A stretch of 50,270 bases of DNA from a virus, in the IMG/VR virus record IMGVR_UViG_3300035130_000222, positions 1 to 50,270 of that record. One strand, 5' to 3'. The notes beneath the pieces are model-generated. The model did not search any database, was not told where the DNA came from, and saw only the letters and a list, made by a program, of their open reading frames with translations. The position numbers and the translations under genes were made by a program. The stretch's first letter is position 1, and the number at the start of each line of letters is the position of its first letter. Positions 18,632 to 27,763 of the stretch are shown piece after piece.

Positions 18632-20254
18632 ATGGGAAGTTTATTAGTAGGATTGTTAGATACAATTGGTGGTGGAGGAGGAAGTTTACCACCAAAAATA
18701 ATTAATGTACCCGCGGATTTTCCTACCGTTATTGAAGCAAATGCAGAAATTGGAAGAATTTATATTGCTGCATCAAATGTTACTGATAATGATCTAACAA
18801 AAACAAACACAGGCCAATCTTTTCTCTCCGGTGAAGAATTTGTATGGGATGGAATTTCAGCTTATGTCAAATTAGGTGCTAATGCATTATGGCTTGATAG
18901 TGGTAGCACTTATACCATGACAAATGCAAGAAATTTGGATATGCAAGGTCAAAATATAGTAAATCTAAATAATTTAGGAACAAATCTTTCAAGAGTTAGT
19001 GCTGGATGGTTTACAGCATTAACTACTGATAATATTAATTTAACTGCATCACCAAATGCTCAAATGTCAGTAAATAATAATCTGTTAATTGAAGCTAATG
19101 CAGAAATAGATTTACAATGCACAAATCATATTGTATTAAATACTCCAAATGCACAGATTTCTGTGAATAGTATTAGTAGCGGAATTGGCATAAGCGCACA
19201 AAATTTTGATATTAATTTAAGTACTTCTTCATCTGGCAATATTAACTTAAATAGTGCTGGCAATGTTAATATTACTGCTAGTGGTATTACTATATCTGGA
19301 GATGCTACGTATGGTAGTACAGGATTTTTAAAATTACCGGCAGGCACAACTGGTGAACGTCCTGGAACACCTGTCAATGGAATGACGCGTTATAATAGCA
19401 CAACTAATTCATTTGAATTTTATGAAAATGGGTCATGGCGTGGTTTAGGTGATTCGGAAACTATTTGGCAAGTATCGTCTGGTGTAATATCAAAAATTAA
19501 TACGACAGATAAATTATTACTAGACTTTGCCACTAGTGGATCAATTTCGTTCCCTGTTTATGCAAAAGTAGTCTATCGCGGAAATTCGACATCTCCGAAT
19601 TCTTCAGCAACATGCGCTTATTATACTACTGATGATAATACTTATCCGTGTATGGTACAATCAGCGTATAAAGATGGCGAGCAGCATATTGCGTTTGGTG
19701 CTTATTTTAATCACACATTTGACTGGGTCAGCACACATGCTACTAGTAACTATGTTATTGAGCGCACTCCCACAGAATTACAATTATACGGAGATGCAGG
19801 TGTTCCGAAAGGGCTTCCGACTATATTTGATACGATGATGGCATTTAACGCAATTACTAAAGAAGTTAAATCAACTTATATTTATAACAAAACTGTCACT
19901 TCTAGCAGAGATGTAGAAGTAGAAAGCGATGGAACTCTAGGATATGTTTCTTCAATAAAAGCTATAAAAAAGAATTTAGACCCTGATTTTAATTATGGAT
20001 GGGTTTTTGATTTGCCAGTTTATGCTTTTAATTATAAGAAAAAAGATCCAAAAACTAAAAAATTTATGGATAATGAAGTCAATCCAGAACGACAATATGG
20101 TTTACTTGCAGAGGATGTAGAACAAATAAATAATGAATTTGTTTTTTATGATGATGATAATAATTTATGTGGTGTACATTATAAAAAATTTATACCGATA
20201 TTATTGAAAATAATCCAAGATCATGATAAAAGAATTCAAGAGCTATCACTATAA
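18632..20254 (+). CDS. Tail fibre with C-terminal intramolecular chaperone (peptidase S74-type) domain
   Basis: Fibre motif PAGTTGERPGTPVNGMTRYNSTTNSFEFYENGSWRGL. C-terminal pattern YGLLAEDVEQIN ... VHYKKFIPILLKIIQDHDKRIQEL is typical of endosialidase-chaperone domains. Confidence 0.8.
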   Translation: MGSLLVGLLDTIGGGGGSLPPKIINVPADFPTVIEANAEIGRIYIAASNVTDNDLTKTNTGQSFLSGEEFVWDGISAYVKLGANALWLDSGSTYTMTNARNLDMQGQNIVNLNNLGTNLSRVSAGWFTALTTDNINLTASPNAQMSVNNNLLIEANAEIDLQCTNHIVLNTPNAQISVNSISSGIGISAQNFDINLSTSSSGNINLNSAGNVNITASGITISGDATYGSTGFLKLPAGTTGERPGTPVNGMTRYNSTTNSFEFYENGSWRGLGDSETIWQVSSGVISKINTTDKLLLDFATSGSISFPVYAKVVYRGNSTSPNSSATCAYYTTDDNTYPCMVQSAYKDGEQHIAFGAYFNHTFDWVSTHATSNYVIERTPTELQLYGDAGVPKGLPTIFDTMMAFNAITKEVKSTYIYNKTVTSSRDVEVESDGTLGYVSSIKAIKKNLDPDFNYGWVFDLPVYAFNYKKKDPKTKKFMDNEVNPERQYGLLAEDVEQINNEFVFYDDDNNLCGVHYKKFIPILLKIIQDHDKRIQELSL

Positions 20255-20321
20255 ATAATTCAAGAGCTATTGTTTAAATTATATACTATTGGTAGAAATT
20301 TAATAAAAAAAGGAGATTAAT

Positions 20322-20522
20322 ATGTATTATAAAGTACCACAGCAAATTGTAGCAAAATTATTTGCTTATTTTAAAGAAGAAAAAAATCTGCCTAATATTT
20401 CATGGAGTGAGATACAGATTATATGTTCTAATTTTTTACCTTTGGAAAATGTTGAACAAGATAATAAAAATGACAAAAAAGGTATTTCTAACGCAGAAAA
20501 AATGAAAAATGGCAAAAGTTGA
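20322..20522 (+). CDS. Hypothetical small protein at the start of the lysis cluster
   Basis: Strong SD AAAGGAG. Overlaps the amidase start. Confidence 0.45.
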   Translation: MYYKVPQQIVAKLFAYFKEEKNLPNISWSEIQIICSNFLPLENVEQDNKNDKKGISNAEKMKNGKS

Positions 20523-20967
20523 ACAAATAATTGTACATTGTTCTGATAGTAGATTTGGTAATTCTCAAACAATTAGAGAATGGCATATTGCAAGAGGTTG
20601 GCGAACGATAGGGTATCATTTTGTTATATTAAATGGACAGATAACACCTGATTTTTATTTAGAATCGTTAAACGGATCAATAGAATGTGGTCGTATTTTA
20701 GATGGTGATAATTATTTATATTCATCTGAAATTGGTGCGCACACATTAGGATATAATAAAACAAGCATTGGTATTTGTTTAATTGGTATTAAAATTTTTA
20801 GCAAAAATCAAATTAATTCTTTATATAAGTTGTGTTCTGAATTAAAAGATCATTTTAAAATTCCAATTGATAAAATTATCGGTCATTATGAGGCAGAAAC
20901 AGCAAATGGTAAAACGTGTCCGAATATTGATATTGCTGATTTTAGAAATAATTTAACAAATTATTAA
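20509..20967 (+). CDS. N-acetylmuramoyl-L-alanine amidase endolysin (Amidase_2 / T7-lysozyme-like)
   Basis: IIVHCSDS ... GYHFVI ... GAHTLGYNKTSIGICLIG ... IIGHYEA ... KTCPN, i.e. the His/His/Cys zinc triad arrangement of T7 lysozyme. Confidence 0.9.
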   Translation: MAKVEQIIVHCSDSRFGNSQTIREWHIARGWRTIGYHFVILNGQITPDFYLESLNGSIECGRILDGDNYLYSSEIGAHTLGYNKTSIGICLIGIKIFSKNQINSLYKLCSELKDHFKIPIDKIIGHYEAETANGKTCPNIDIADFRNNLTNY

Positions 20968-20989
20968 TATAGGATATTAAATAATTAAA

Positions 20990-21544
20990 ATGTGGGACAA
21001 AATAAAAACAATAATAGGTACAATAGCGCCAACAATAGCTACAGTTATAGGATCACCATTAGCAGGACTTGCTGTAAATGAATTATGTAAGATTTTAGGG
21101 TTAAAAGATAATGCTACAAGTGCTGATATATTAGAATCATTGCAAAAAGCAACACCAGAACAATTACTTGCTATAAAAAAATCAAATGCTGATCTAAAAA
21201 TAAAATTAAAAGAACTTGGAATCGAAGAAAATAAAATGTATTTGCTTGATATTGCTGATGCAAGGTCAAGAGAAATAGAAATAGCAAAAACAGGAAGACA
21301 TGATTATACAACATCATTTTTAGCTATATCTCTTACAATAGGATTTTTTGGACTATTAATAATATTAATGAGATATGACATAAGAAATAAAGACATTTTG
21401 CAAATAATGTTAGGTTCGCTTGCAACTGCATTTATAGGTATCTTCAATTACTACTTTGGCACATCTAAAAGCTCATCAGAAAAAAATAAAATTTTAGAAA
21501 ATACGATAAATAGAAAAAATGAAAAAAATTATATAAATAATTAA
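20990..21544 (+). CDS. Holin candidate (3-TM GTA-type holin-like)
   Basis: Gly/Ala-rich amphipathic N-terminus, a central coiled-coil region, then two clear TM helices. Lies adjacent to the endolysin. Confidence 0.6.
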   Translation: MWDKIKTIIGTIAPTIATVIGSPLAGLAVNELCKILGLKDNATSADILESLQKATPEQLLAIKKSNADLKIKLKELGIEENKMYLLDIADARSREIEIAKTGRHDYTTSFLAISLTIGFFGLLIILMRYDIRNKDILQIMLGSLATAFIGIFNYYFGTSKSSSEKNKILENTINRKNEKNYINN

Positions 21545-21592
21545 TATGTTTATATATGTTAATATATATTAAATAGAATTAATAACAAAGCA

Positions 21593-21886
21593 ATGAGGGA
21601 TATAGTAAGAAAAATGAACCCATATCATACTTTAGCAGCAGGCAATACATTATTATCAATATTAAAAGGTAGCACTGAAGAGATAGCAATTACAATATTA
21701 TTTATAGCGTTGATCATCATAGGATTGCAAACTAATAAATTAAATAAAAACAAAGCAAACAAGTCATACGTTGATGAAAAAATAGAAGACATGGAACATT
21801 CTTTTGAGAAAACACTTGATTTGATACAAAAACACAACTCAGAAACAATTAGTTTGATAACAAAAATGATTGATTCAATCAAATAA
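21593..21886 (+). CDS. Single-pass membrane protein (lysis accessory candidate)
   Basis: One TM segment (IAITILFIALIIIGL) and the last position in the lysis cluster. The true start may be the internal Met (MNPYH). Confidence 0.45.
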   Translation: MRDIVRKMNPYHTLAAGNTLLSILKGSTEEIAITILFIALIIIGLQTNKLNKNKANKSYVDEKIEDMEHSFEKTLDLIQKHNSETISLITKMIDSIK

Positions 21887-21954
21887 CAATCAAACAACAA
21901 GCTGTTGATTTTATTATATATTTTCTTATTTTTGCTTATTTTTGCTTATTTTGA

Positions 21955-22518
21955 TCAAATGAAATTCATTCCAAATTTGTTAATAACACTTTTTGCGTCT
22001 AACACATTGTTCATTTTATGTGCATTTTCAATTAATTTTTCACCTGAAATTTTAGTCTTAAATAATCTGTTAATAAAATTTATTATTAGATACTTTAATC
22101 GATCAATAAATCTTATTTCATCATGATCGTGTTTGATAATATTTTTTGACAAATCATTAATTGTTATTTTTAATGATTCTGTTTTATTTTTAACGTTACC
22201 ATCGTTTGCTTTTAATTGTAAAATTTTTCCTTTTGTATCTTTGTACAAGCTTATAGTTTGTTGTATTTTTTTGCTTTTTTGTAAAATATTTTTTTGCGTA
22301 TATCTTGATTGTCTTTTATATCTAACGTCAATTGACGAATAAATATATGTGTTTGTTAGCATAGCATCTTTTTTTTGCAAAAATAATATTTTTTTGTCTA
22401 GAAGCATTATAATATTATTTATTAAGCAGCTTATATCAAATTCAAAATTAACATAATCGCGTTTATTATTGTTTTTATTATTAAAATAATTAACCTTTTC
22501 AACAAAAAAATTACTCAT
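21955..22518 (-). CDS. Hypothetical protein, last gene of the leftward early operon
   Basis: Longest frame in this interval. Lys/Asn-rich composition typical of real genes here. The + strand ORFs opposite it are low-complexity. Confidence 0.5.
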   Translation of the reverse strand: MSNFFVEKVNYFNNKNNNKRDYVNFEFDISCLINNIIMLLDKKILFLQKKDAMLTNTYIYSSIDVRYKRQSRYTQKNILQKSKKIQQTISLYKDTKGKILQLKANDGNVKNKTESLKITINDLSKNIIKHDHDEIRFIDRLKYLIINFINRLFKTKISGEKLIENAHKMNNVLDAKSVINKFGMNFI

Positions 22519-22566
22519 ATATTGATGTCCTTTTTGTTTTGTTAATTAAAATAAAAAAATTATTTT

Positions 22567-22752
22567 TTATTTTTTTGGGTCACTCAATAACTTATATCCA
22601 AAAAATGTTCCTTTTTTATGATCATAATTAATATTATTTTTAAAAAAAATTTTACATGCTTCATCAAAAGTCTGTGCTTCAATTTCTCCTAAAAATCTAA
22701 TTCCATCTTTTTTTTTAGTTGGATCAGTTATCCATATCTTGTGAACACTCAT
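22567..22752 (-). CDS. Small hypothetical protein, paralogue of 22724-22951
   Basis: Start reassigned to the internal ATG preceded by SD GAGGTG. Shares the pattern IWI ... F.(D/E)AC..FF with the upstream gene. Confidence 0.5.
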   Translation of the reverse strand: MSVHKIWITDPTKKKDGIRFLGEIEAQTFDEACKIFFKNNINYDHKKGTFFGYKLLSDPKK

Positions 22753-22951
22753 AAAAATCACCTCGTTTTGAATTATTAGCATCTTTTTCTGTTTGATAAA
22801 TATTATAACTTTTGTAAGTATTAGTATATTTATCGTAATATACATCTTTTTCAAAAAAATTTCTACAAGCATCTAAAAAAGATATGCCATAACCTGTTCC
22901 AGCAAAATATGCTTTTTTATCACCTATTTTTATCCAAATATTATATTTCAT
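22724..22951 (-). CDS. Small hypothetical protein, paralogue of 22567-22752
   Basis: The ATG (MKYNIWIKIG) lies within the tracked ORF. Similar to the downstream neighbour. Confidence 0.45.
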   Translation of the reverse strand: MKYNIWIKIGDKKAYFAGTGYGISFLDACRNFFEKDVYYDKYTNTYKSYNIYQTEKDANNSKRGDFYECSQDMDN

Positions 22952-23045
22952 TTTTAAATACACTTAACTAATTTCAAAAATTTGTAAGGTCATAATTTGT
23001 ACTCATTTTTTTATTCAGCTTCAGCTTTCATATGTTTCATTTATA

Positions 23046-23438
23046 TTAATGTATCGTTGTATTATTTTTGAACAAATCTTTCTCTGTTTTCTTTTTTTCT
23101 TTAATATCTTCTTCTTTTCCTTCTTTTTTTGCTGATGTTTCTTCATCTTCGACAATAAAATACGATTCATATAGATTAAGTCCAAAAATGAACATTTTTC
23201 CATCATTTGTTTTGAGTAAATATTTAGCAATATTTTTCATGCTTGCTAAATATTGTTTTTTTGTTGCGAATTTTTCATGAAAATTAAAAGCTAATTTGTC
23301 TAAAAAAAATGCAATTTTTTGTGAGTCAAATTGTGATAATATATACGCTAGATTATCAATTAAATTATAAGCCTCGTTTTTATTAATATCTTCTATATTC
23401 CCGTTAATGAGATTAATAACTATATCTTGATAGCTCAT
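23046..23438 (-). CDS. Hypothetical protein with a Lys/Glu-rich C-terminus
   Basis: Operon context with SD-like GAGGAATATTTT before the ATG. No motif recognised. Confidence 0.5.
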   Translation of the reverse strand: MSYQDIVINLINGNIEDINKNEAYNLIDNLAYILSQFDSQKIAFFLDKLAFNFHEKFATKKQYLASMKNIAKYLLKTNDGKMFIFGLNLYESYFIVEDEETSAKKEGKEEDIKEKKKTEKDLFKNNTTIH

Positions 23439-23452
23439 AAAATATTCCTCCT

Positions 23453-24085
23453 TTATATTACAGTTAACAAAACAGGTGTTGCCATCGAATAGTCAAAAAT
23501 AAATTGAATATTCATATATTTAATTTTATCTGACATTTCATCAGCATTTTTTTCTATTTTTTCTGTCTCAAGAGCTTTTTCAGCAATCCTTGCAAGCCAG
23601 CTATATAGCCCTTCATTATCAGATTCTCTAGTTTCTTTCCAGATTTTTTTTAATCGCAAAGATGCGCGATCGATCGCATGTTTACTTATATCAATTATCG
23701 GCATTGTTGCACCTCTCATTTTCAATTCAGCATCTGCATATTCTTTTTCTTCCGGAACCCTTGTTATTAAAATATTTTTATATTTTTTGCTATTTTGCAA
23801 CTTATAACCGTGAGTATTAATTTTATTTATATCTTTTTCGCTTTCTTTATTTTCTCTATTTTCTTTGCTTATTTCATTTTTTATGTTTTTTACGTTTTTT
23901 GCGTTTTTTGCGTTTTTTGCGTTTTGTGGACAAATAACATAATAACTTTTATATTCACCATTTATATTTTTATTGATAACAGTTTTTGTTTTATAATGTT
24001 CATTGTAAGCATAGCCACATCTTCCACATTTAATATTACCTGCTTTTTTATAATCATTAAATCTTAACCGTTCATATTTATCCAT
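23453..24085 (-). CDS. Hypothetical protein with N-terminal zinc-ribbon-like CxxC ... CP and an NAKNAKNAKNVKN repeat
   Basis: Start placed at the Met overlapping the csrA stop (AATGGATAA). The tracked ORF extends further upstream to 24172. A 9-nt tandem repeat lies in the DNA at about 23888-23925. Confidence 0.45.
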   Translation of the reverse strand: MDKYERLRFNDYKKAGNIKCGRCGYAYNEHYKTKTVINKNINGEYKSYYVICPQNAKNAKNAKNVKNIKNEISKENRENKESEKDINKINTHGYKLQNSKKYKNILITRVPEEKEYADAELKMRGATMPIIDISKHAIDRASLRLKKIWKETRESDNEGLYSWLARIAEKALETEKIEKNADEMSDKIKYMNIQFIFDYSMATPVLLTVI

Positions 24086-24323
24086 TCTGCTCGCCTTGAT
24101 TGTTCTGCTCATCATACTCATTCTGTTCATTTTGTTCATTAATTTGATCAAAAATTTCCTCACGATGAACACTTAAATTTTCATCTGCTGTTATTGAGAT
24201 TTTGACGCGTCTGCCTTTGATTGCTACAACTGTTATATCAATAAAATGATCGCCAATGATGATCTTTTCAAATTCTCGCCTAGTTAGCACCAAAGTTGTT
24301 TTTTTGTTTTGTTTAGTATTCAT
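24078..24323 (-). CDS. csrA: CsrA/RsmA-family RNA-binding translational regulator homologue
   Basis: LVLTRREFEKIIIGDHFIDITVVAIKGRRVKISITADENLSVHREEIF aligns along its whole length with the CsrA consensus (LILTRR.GE...IGD.I.ITVL...G..VR.GI.AP....VHREEI). Start set at the ATG with SD GGAG. Confidence 0.85.
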   Translation of the reverse strand: MNTKQNKKTTLVLTRREFEKIIIGDHFIDITVVAIKGRRVKISITADENLSVHREEIFDQINEQNEQNEYDEQNNQGEQNG

Positions 24324-24349
24324 ATAATATCTCCATATCAGTTTATATT

Positions 24350-25393
24350 TTAACCACAATCTTGTTCAAAAAACAATCTACTTTCTTCTGATAGTTGTTG
24401 TTTTACTTCTGGTTTTACTTCTGGTTTTACTTCTGGTTTTACTTCTGCTTTTTCATTTATATTTTTATCTGCATTATTTTTTGAATTATTTATAATGTTT
24501 TGATTAATATTTATAGATGCACTTTTTTGTTTTAAATCTTCTAGCAATGCTTTACTTTGAGTAATGTTTTCATTAAGTTGTTTTTTTTCATCTGTATCTG
24601 TAAGCGCATTTTTTACATTAATAAAATCTGATGATTTATCAACACCTGTTAATTCTAAATATTCATCATAAATTACTGCGCTATCACATTCAGAACTACT
24701 AGGGACATATTTTAAAATATGCCGTATTATTGATTTTAATGCCATTGCTTCGTAGCCAAATTGCCACGCCATCGGAACTTTTCCGCTTCTCTTTGTTGCT
24801 ATTGCTTTAAGTTTTTTAATATCTGCATTCCACAAATACCTTCTAAATTTATTATTATTTTTATTAGTACAAATTGCATAAACAGCAATAAGGTCACGTT
24901 CAGAGTCAAAATCATCAGGCTTAGGATAAGGCAAATGATGAATTGATGGTGTATCACCACTTTTAATTTTAAACTCGTCCCATGTATAAATGCAATCAAA
25001 TTCTATATTTTTTATGTATTTTGATCTATATGCAAGATCCAGCAATCCTTTGTACATTAATTGCAATTTACACTCATATACATTTGTTCTGTTATTTTTA
25101 TAACGAGCAAAAAAAGCTTTTCCAAACGAATCACCAGGTTCAATTCCCCATTCTGCGGCTTTTAAAATTGATTTTTCAACGCTAAGTAATGTACATTTAA
25201 GCAAATTATCAGCATCTTCATTCATCACAAAAGCTGTTTGACAGACGCGTAAAAATCTCTCAGTAGAATCTTTTCTTTTACGCATAAATTCAGGTAACGC
25301 TTTTTCTACTTGAGCTATAAATGGTTTATCATGAGTTATTGCAGTTTGTAATATATCAAATGATCTAACTGGTGCGTTTCTATCAATACTCAT
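24350..25393 (-). CDS. recT: RecT-family single-strand annealing recombinase
   Basis: RecT-like core (CTLLSVEKSILKAAEWGIEPG ... LQLMYKGLLDLAYRS). C-terminal EVKP x4 repeat. An exonuclease gene lies upstream in the same operon. Confidence 0.85.
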   Translation of the reverse strand: MSIDRNAPVRSFDILQTAITHDKPFIAQVEKALPEFMRKRKDSTERFLRVCQTAFVMNEDADNLLKCTLLSVEKSILKAAEWGIEPGDSFGKAFFARYKNNRTNVYECKLQLMYKGLLDLAYRSKYIKNIEFDCIYTWDEFKIKSGDTPSIHHLPYPKPDDFDSERDLIAVYAICTNKNNNKFRRYLWNADIKKLKAIATKRSGKVPMAWQFGYEAMALKSIIRHILKYVPSSSECDSAVIYDEYLELTGVDKSSDFINVKNALTDTDEKKQLNENITQSKALLEDLKQKSASININQNIINNSKNNADKNINEKAEVKPEVKPEVKPEVKQQLSEESRLFFEQDCG

Positions 25394-25431
25394 ATAAATA
25401 CTCCTTTAATTTAAGCGATAAAATAAATTAT

Positions 25432-25935
25432 TTATTCATCATTATCATAATCATAATCATCATCATCATAATCATCATCAATAATAATAATATCAAGATC
25501 ATCACTTATTTTTATACGCATTAATTGTTTATCAATTATATTCATGATATTATCGTAACAATCATCAATACGATCTTCTATTGTTGATTCAATCCATAAT
25601 TGATTATCAATCGGCGCGATTGCAGTTACAACAAGTGCATTATAATAATTTTTATATATAAGACTGTTTTTTCTATCGATTTTACAATGATAAAATTTAT
25701 CATTATCTTGTATATTATATTTTTTTAATAATTCACAAAAATTGACAGAACAATCTTGTAATAATGTATCTATAGTAAAACTGATATGCATATCTTTTGT
25801 TTTAATATTTATTGCAATAACTATATTACGTACATAATATTTATAATCAAGTGAAAAAAGTGAAAAATATGAGTAATTTTCATTTACGTCAAATACATCA
25901 ATACATTTTTCTTTAACTATCTCAACTTTAGTCAT
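25432..25935 (-). CDS. Hypothetical protein with an extremely acidic Asp/Tyr C-terminal tail
   Basis: Operon context. Tail is IIIIDDDYDDDDYDYDNDE. Confidence 0.55.
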   Translation of the reverse strand: MTKVEIVKEKCIDVFDVNENYSYFSLFSLDYKYYVRNIVIAINIKTKDMHISFTIDTLLQDCSVNFCELLKKYNIQDNDKFYHCKIDRKNSLIYKNYYNALVVTAIAPIDNQLWIESTIEDRIDDCYDNIMNIIDKQLMRIKISDDLDIIIIDDDYDDDDYDYDNDE

Positions 25936-26242
25936 TATTATTTACCCAAAATAACCGTGCGCTAATTAATAGTTGATAAAAAGCAAAAATATCTTGACAT
26001 TATAATTAATTAGCGCATAAACTTTTTATAAACATTGTATTTTTATAACAACTCCGTTAATATTATTAATATTTAATCTATAGCAATCATACAAATATTT
26101 GCACATTTTGTCAAGAAAAATCTTATTATAATCAGCAAATTTTAGTAGTTTCTTCTTTTTCTGTTACAATTTGATCAATTAAAAATATAAATCAGCGATG
26201 CTATTGTTACAGACAAAACAAAAAACTCAAAAACAATACTTC

Positions 26243-26260
26243 TTAAAATGTACATTTTAA
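26243..26260. promoter_or_regulatory. 18-bp perfect palindrome TTAAAATGTACATTTTAA (same ATGTACAT core as the 30789/30812 sites)
   Basis: Read directly. Lies in the 533-nt non-coding gap inside the leftward operon. Confidence 0.55.
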
Positions 26261-26468
26261 ACCTCATTAAAAGAATATTTAAAAATATTTATTAAGCAAA
26301 AATATAGCTATAAAAATTAATATAAATACACAATAAATTTCAATAAATGTTATAAACCATGTATCAATAATCATAAATTATTCATCCAGCATATTATTAT
26401 TACAACAACAAGAATCATTAGTGATATTATTAATGAAATACAGCATGAATTAATTATCATATTATTTA

Positions 26469-27446
26469 CTATTTCAGTTTATTATAAAATCGTCTATATT
26501 TTATTGTATAACTACAATCTCTTGCAACATCAGGATATTTTTCTTTTAATTTATTATTATCAATTCTTTCGCTTGTAATTGTTGGACACGTAAATATTGT
26601 TTGATGCGCAAGATTATTAATGATTTCAGCATCTTCAATGTTTAACAACAATTCTTTTTTATATTTTTTTATTTTTCTCTCTAAATCATTATATTGTTTT
26701 TGTAATTCAGTCATTTCTATATATTTATCAATGATATCATTATTTATAATGATTTCTTTTTGTTTTATTGCATTTTTGTAAAGTTCTTTTACATCATCAT
26801 AAGTTTGCGGCTTAGGAGGAATCTTTTTTTGTATATGATTAACCCAGAAATTTTTTGCATTTTCAATTATATGATTTTCAAAATCATGATCACGATTATA
26901 TTGATAAACACACATCGGCAAATGATTACCAAATCTCACTAAAATATATGCTTTTGTTGAATTATAAATTGCGCAATAATAAGCAACTTGAAATAAATAT
27001 TGTGCAGGAATTTGTCCTCGTTTTTGTTTTAATTGATTATTGCTGATCAAATTATAATTGATATCATTAACAGGATCGCCCCACTCGTCATGTGTTCTGC
27101 ATATTGATTTTGCTTCTAATATATAGATTTCATCAAGATCAAACGCAATTCCATCGACATTTGCAGCAAGAAAATCATATTTATCGTGATATCGTATTGG
27201 TACATTTTGTTTTACTTTTAAGCAGATTTCGCGCTCAAATTTTGATAGTAAGATAGGTTCATCTTCATTACCCCAATCAATATAATTATTATCAATTGTA
27301 TTTCCGTTTTGTTTTATTTCATCTGATGTTTTTTCATTGTAAATATCAAGAGCTGTTTTCCATTTGTTATATCCAAAAATCGCGCTTATATCTGATCCAC
27401 CAATATAATTTTTTCTATCTTTAAGTTGTTGTTCAGTTAATGCCAT
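26469..27446 (-). CDS. YqaJ / lambda-exonuclease-family 5'-3' exonuclease (PD-(D/E)XK)
   Basis: N-terminal RKNYIGGSDISAIFGYNKWKTALDIY is typical of the YqaJ viral recombinase family. Paired with RecT. Confidence 0.85.
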   Translation of the reverse strand: MALTEQQLKDRKNYIGGSDISAIFGYNKWKTALDIYNEKTSDEIKQNGNTIDNNYIDWGNEDEPILLSKFEREICLKVKQNVPIRYHDKYDFLAANVDGIAFDLDEIYILEAKSICRTHDEWGDPVNDINYNLISNNQLKQKRGQIPAQYLFQVAYYCAIYNSTKAYILVRFGNHLPMCVYQYNRDHDFENHIIENAKNFWVNHIQKKIPPKPQTYDDVKELYKNAIKQKEIIINNDIIDKYIEMTELQKQYNDLERKIKKYKKELLLNIEDAEIINNLAHQTIFTCPTITSERIDNNKLKEKYPDVARDCSYTIKYRRFYNKLK

Positions 27447-27462
27447 TTAATTTTTCCTTATA

Positions 27463-27630
27463 CTAAGATAATCTTTCATTTAAAAATGTAACCTCATTTT
27501 GTAAATCATTAACATCTTCCATTAGTTGTTTAATAACAGCTCTTAAATTGTTAATATCATTTTCTAAAATTTTGTACTCTTTTTTATATGCGCGCATAAG
27601 TGTACCTATAAAATCATCATCTAAACTCAT
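27463..27630 (-). CDS. Small coiled-coil protein
   Basis: Start reassigned to the internal ATG with SD AAGGA. Heptad-like sequence (ILENDINNLRAVIKQLMEDVNDLQNEV). Confidence 0.45.
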   Translation of the reverse strand: MSLDDDFIGTLMRAYKKEYKILENDINNLRAVIKQLMEDVNDLQNEVTFLNERLS

Positions 27631-27763
27631 AATAATTGTCCTTTTACTAATACAAAAAATGTGCGAGCAAATACTAAAAAAGGATGGTTTTTTTAACCAG
27701 CAGTTGTTAAAAAAAAAATATTTAACTCGCACACACATAATTATACATTATATATAAACATTG

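Noticed and set aside
21905-22342. Plus-strand ORFs 21905-22126 and 22133-22342 after the lysis cluster.
   Set aside because: Their Phe/Leu/Ile-rich products are antisense to the longer 21955-22518 minus-strand gene. They start with no SD, and one uses a non-ATG start.
23021-23280. ORFs 23021-23230 (-) and 23068-23280 (+) overlapping 23046-23438.
   Set aside because: They are alternative-frame or antisense readings of the Lys/Glu-rich tail of the 130-aa gene, with low-complexity products.
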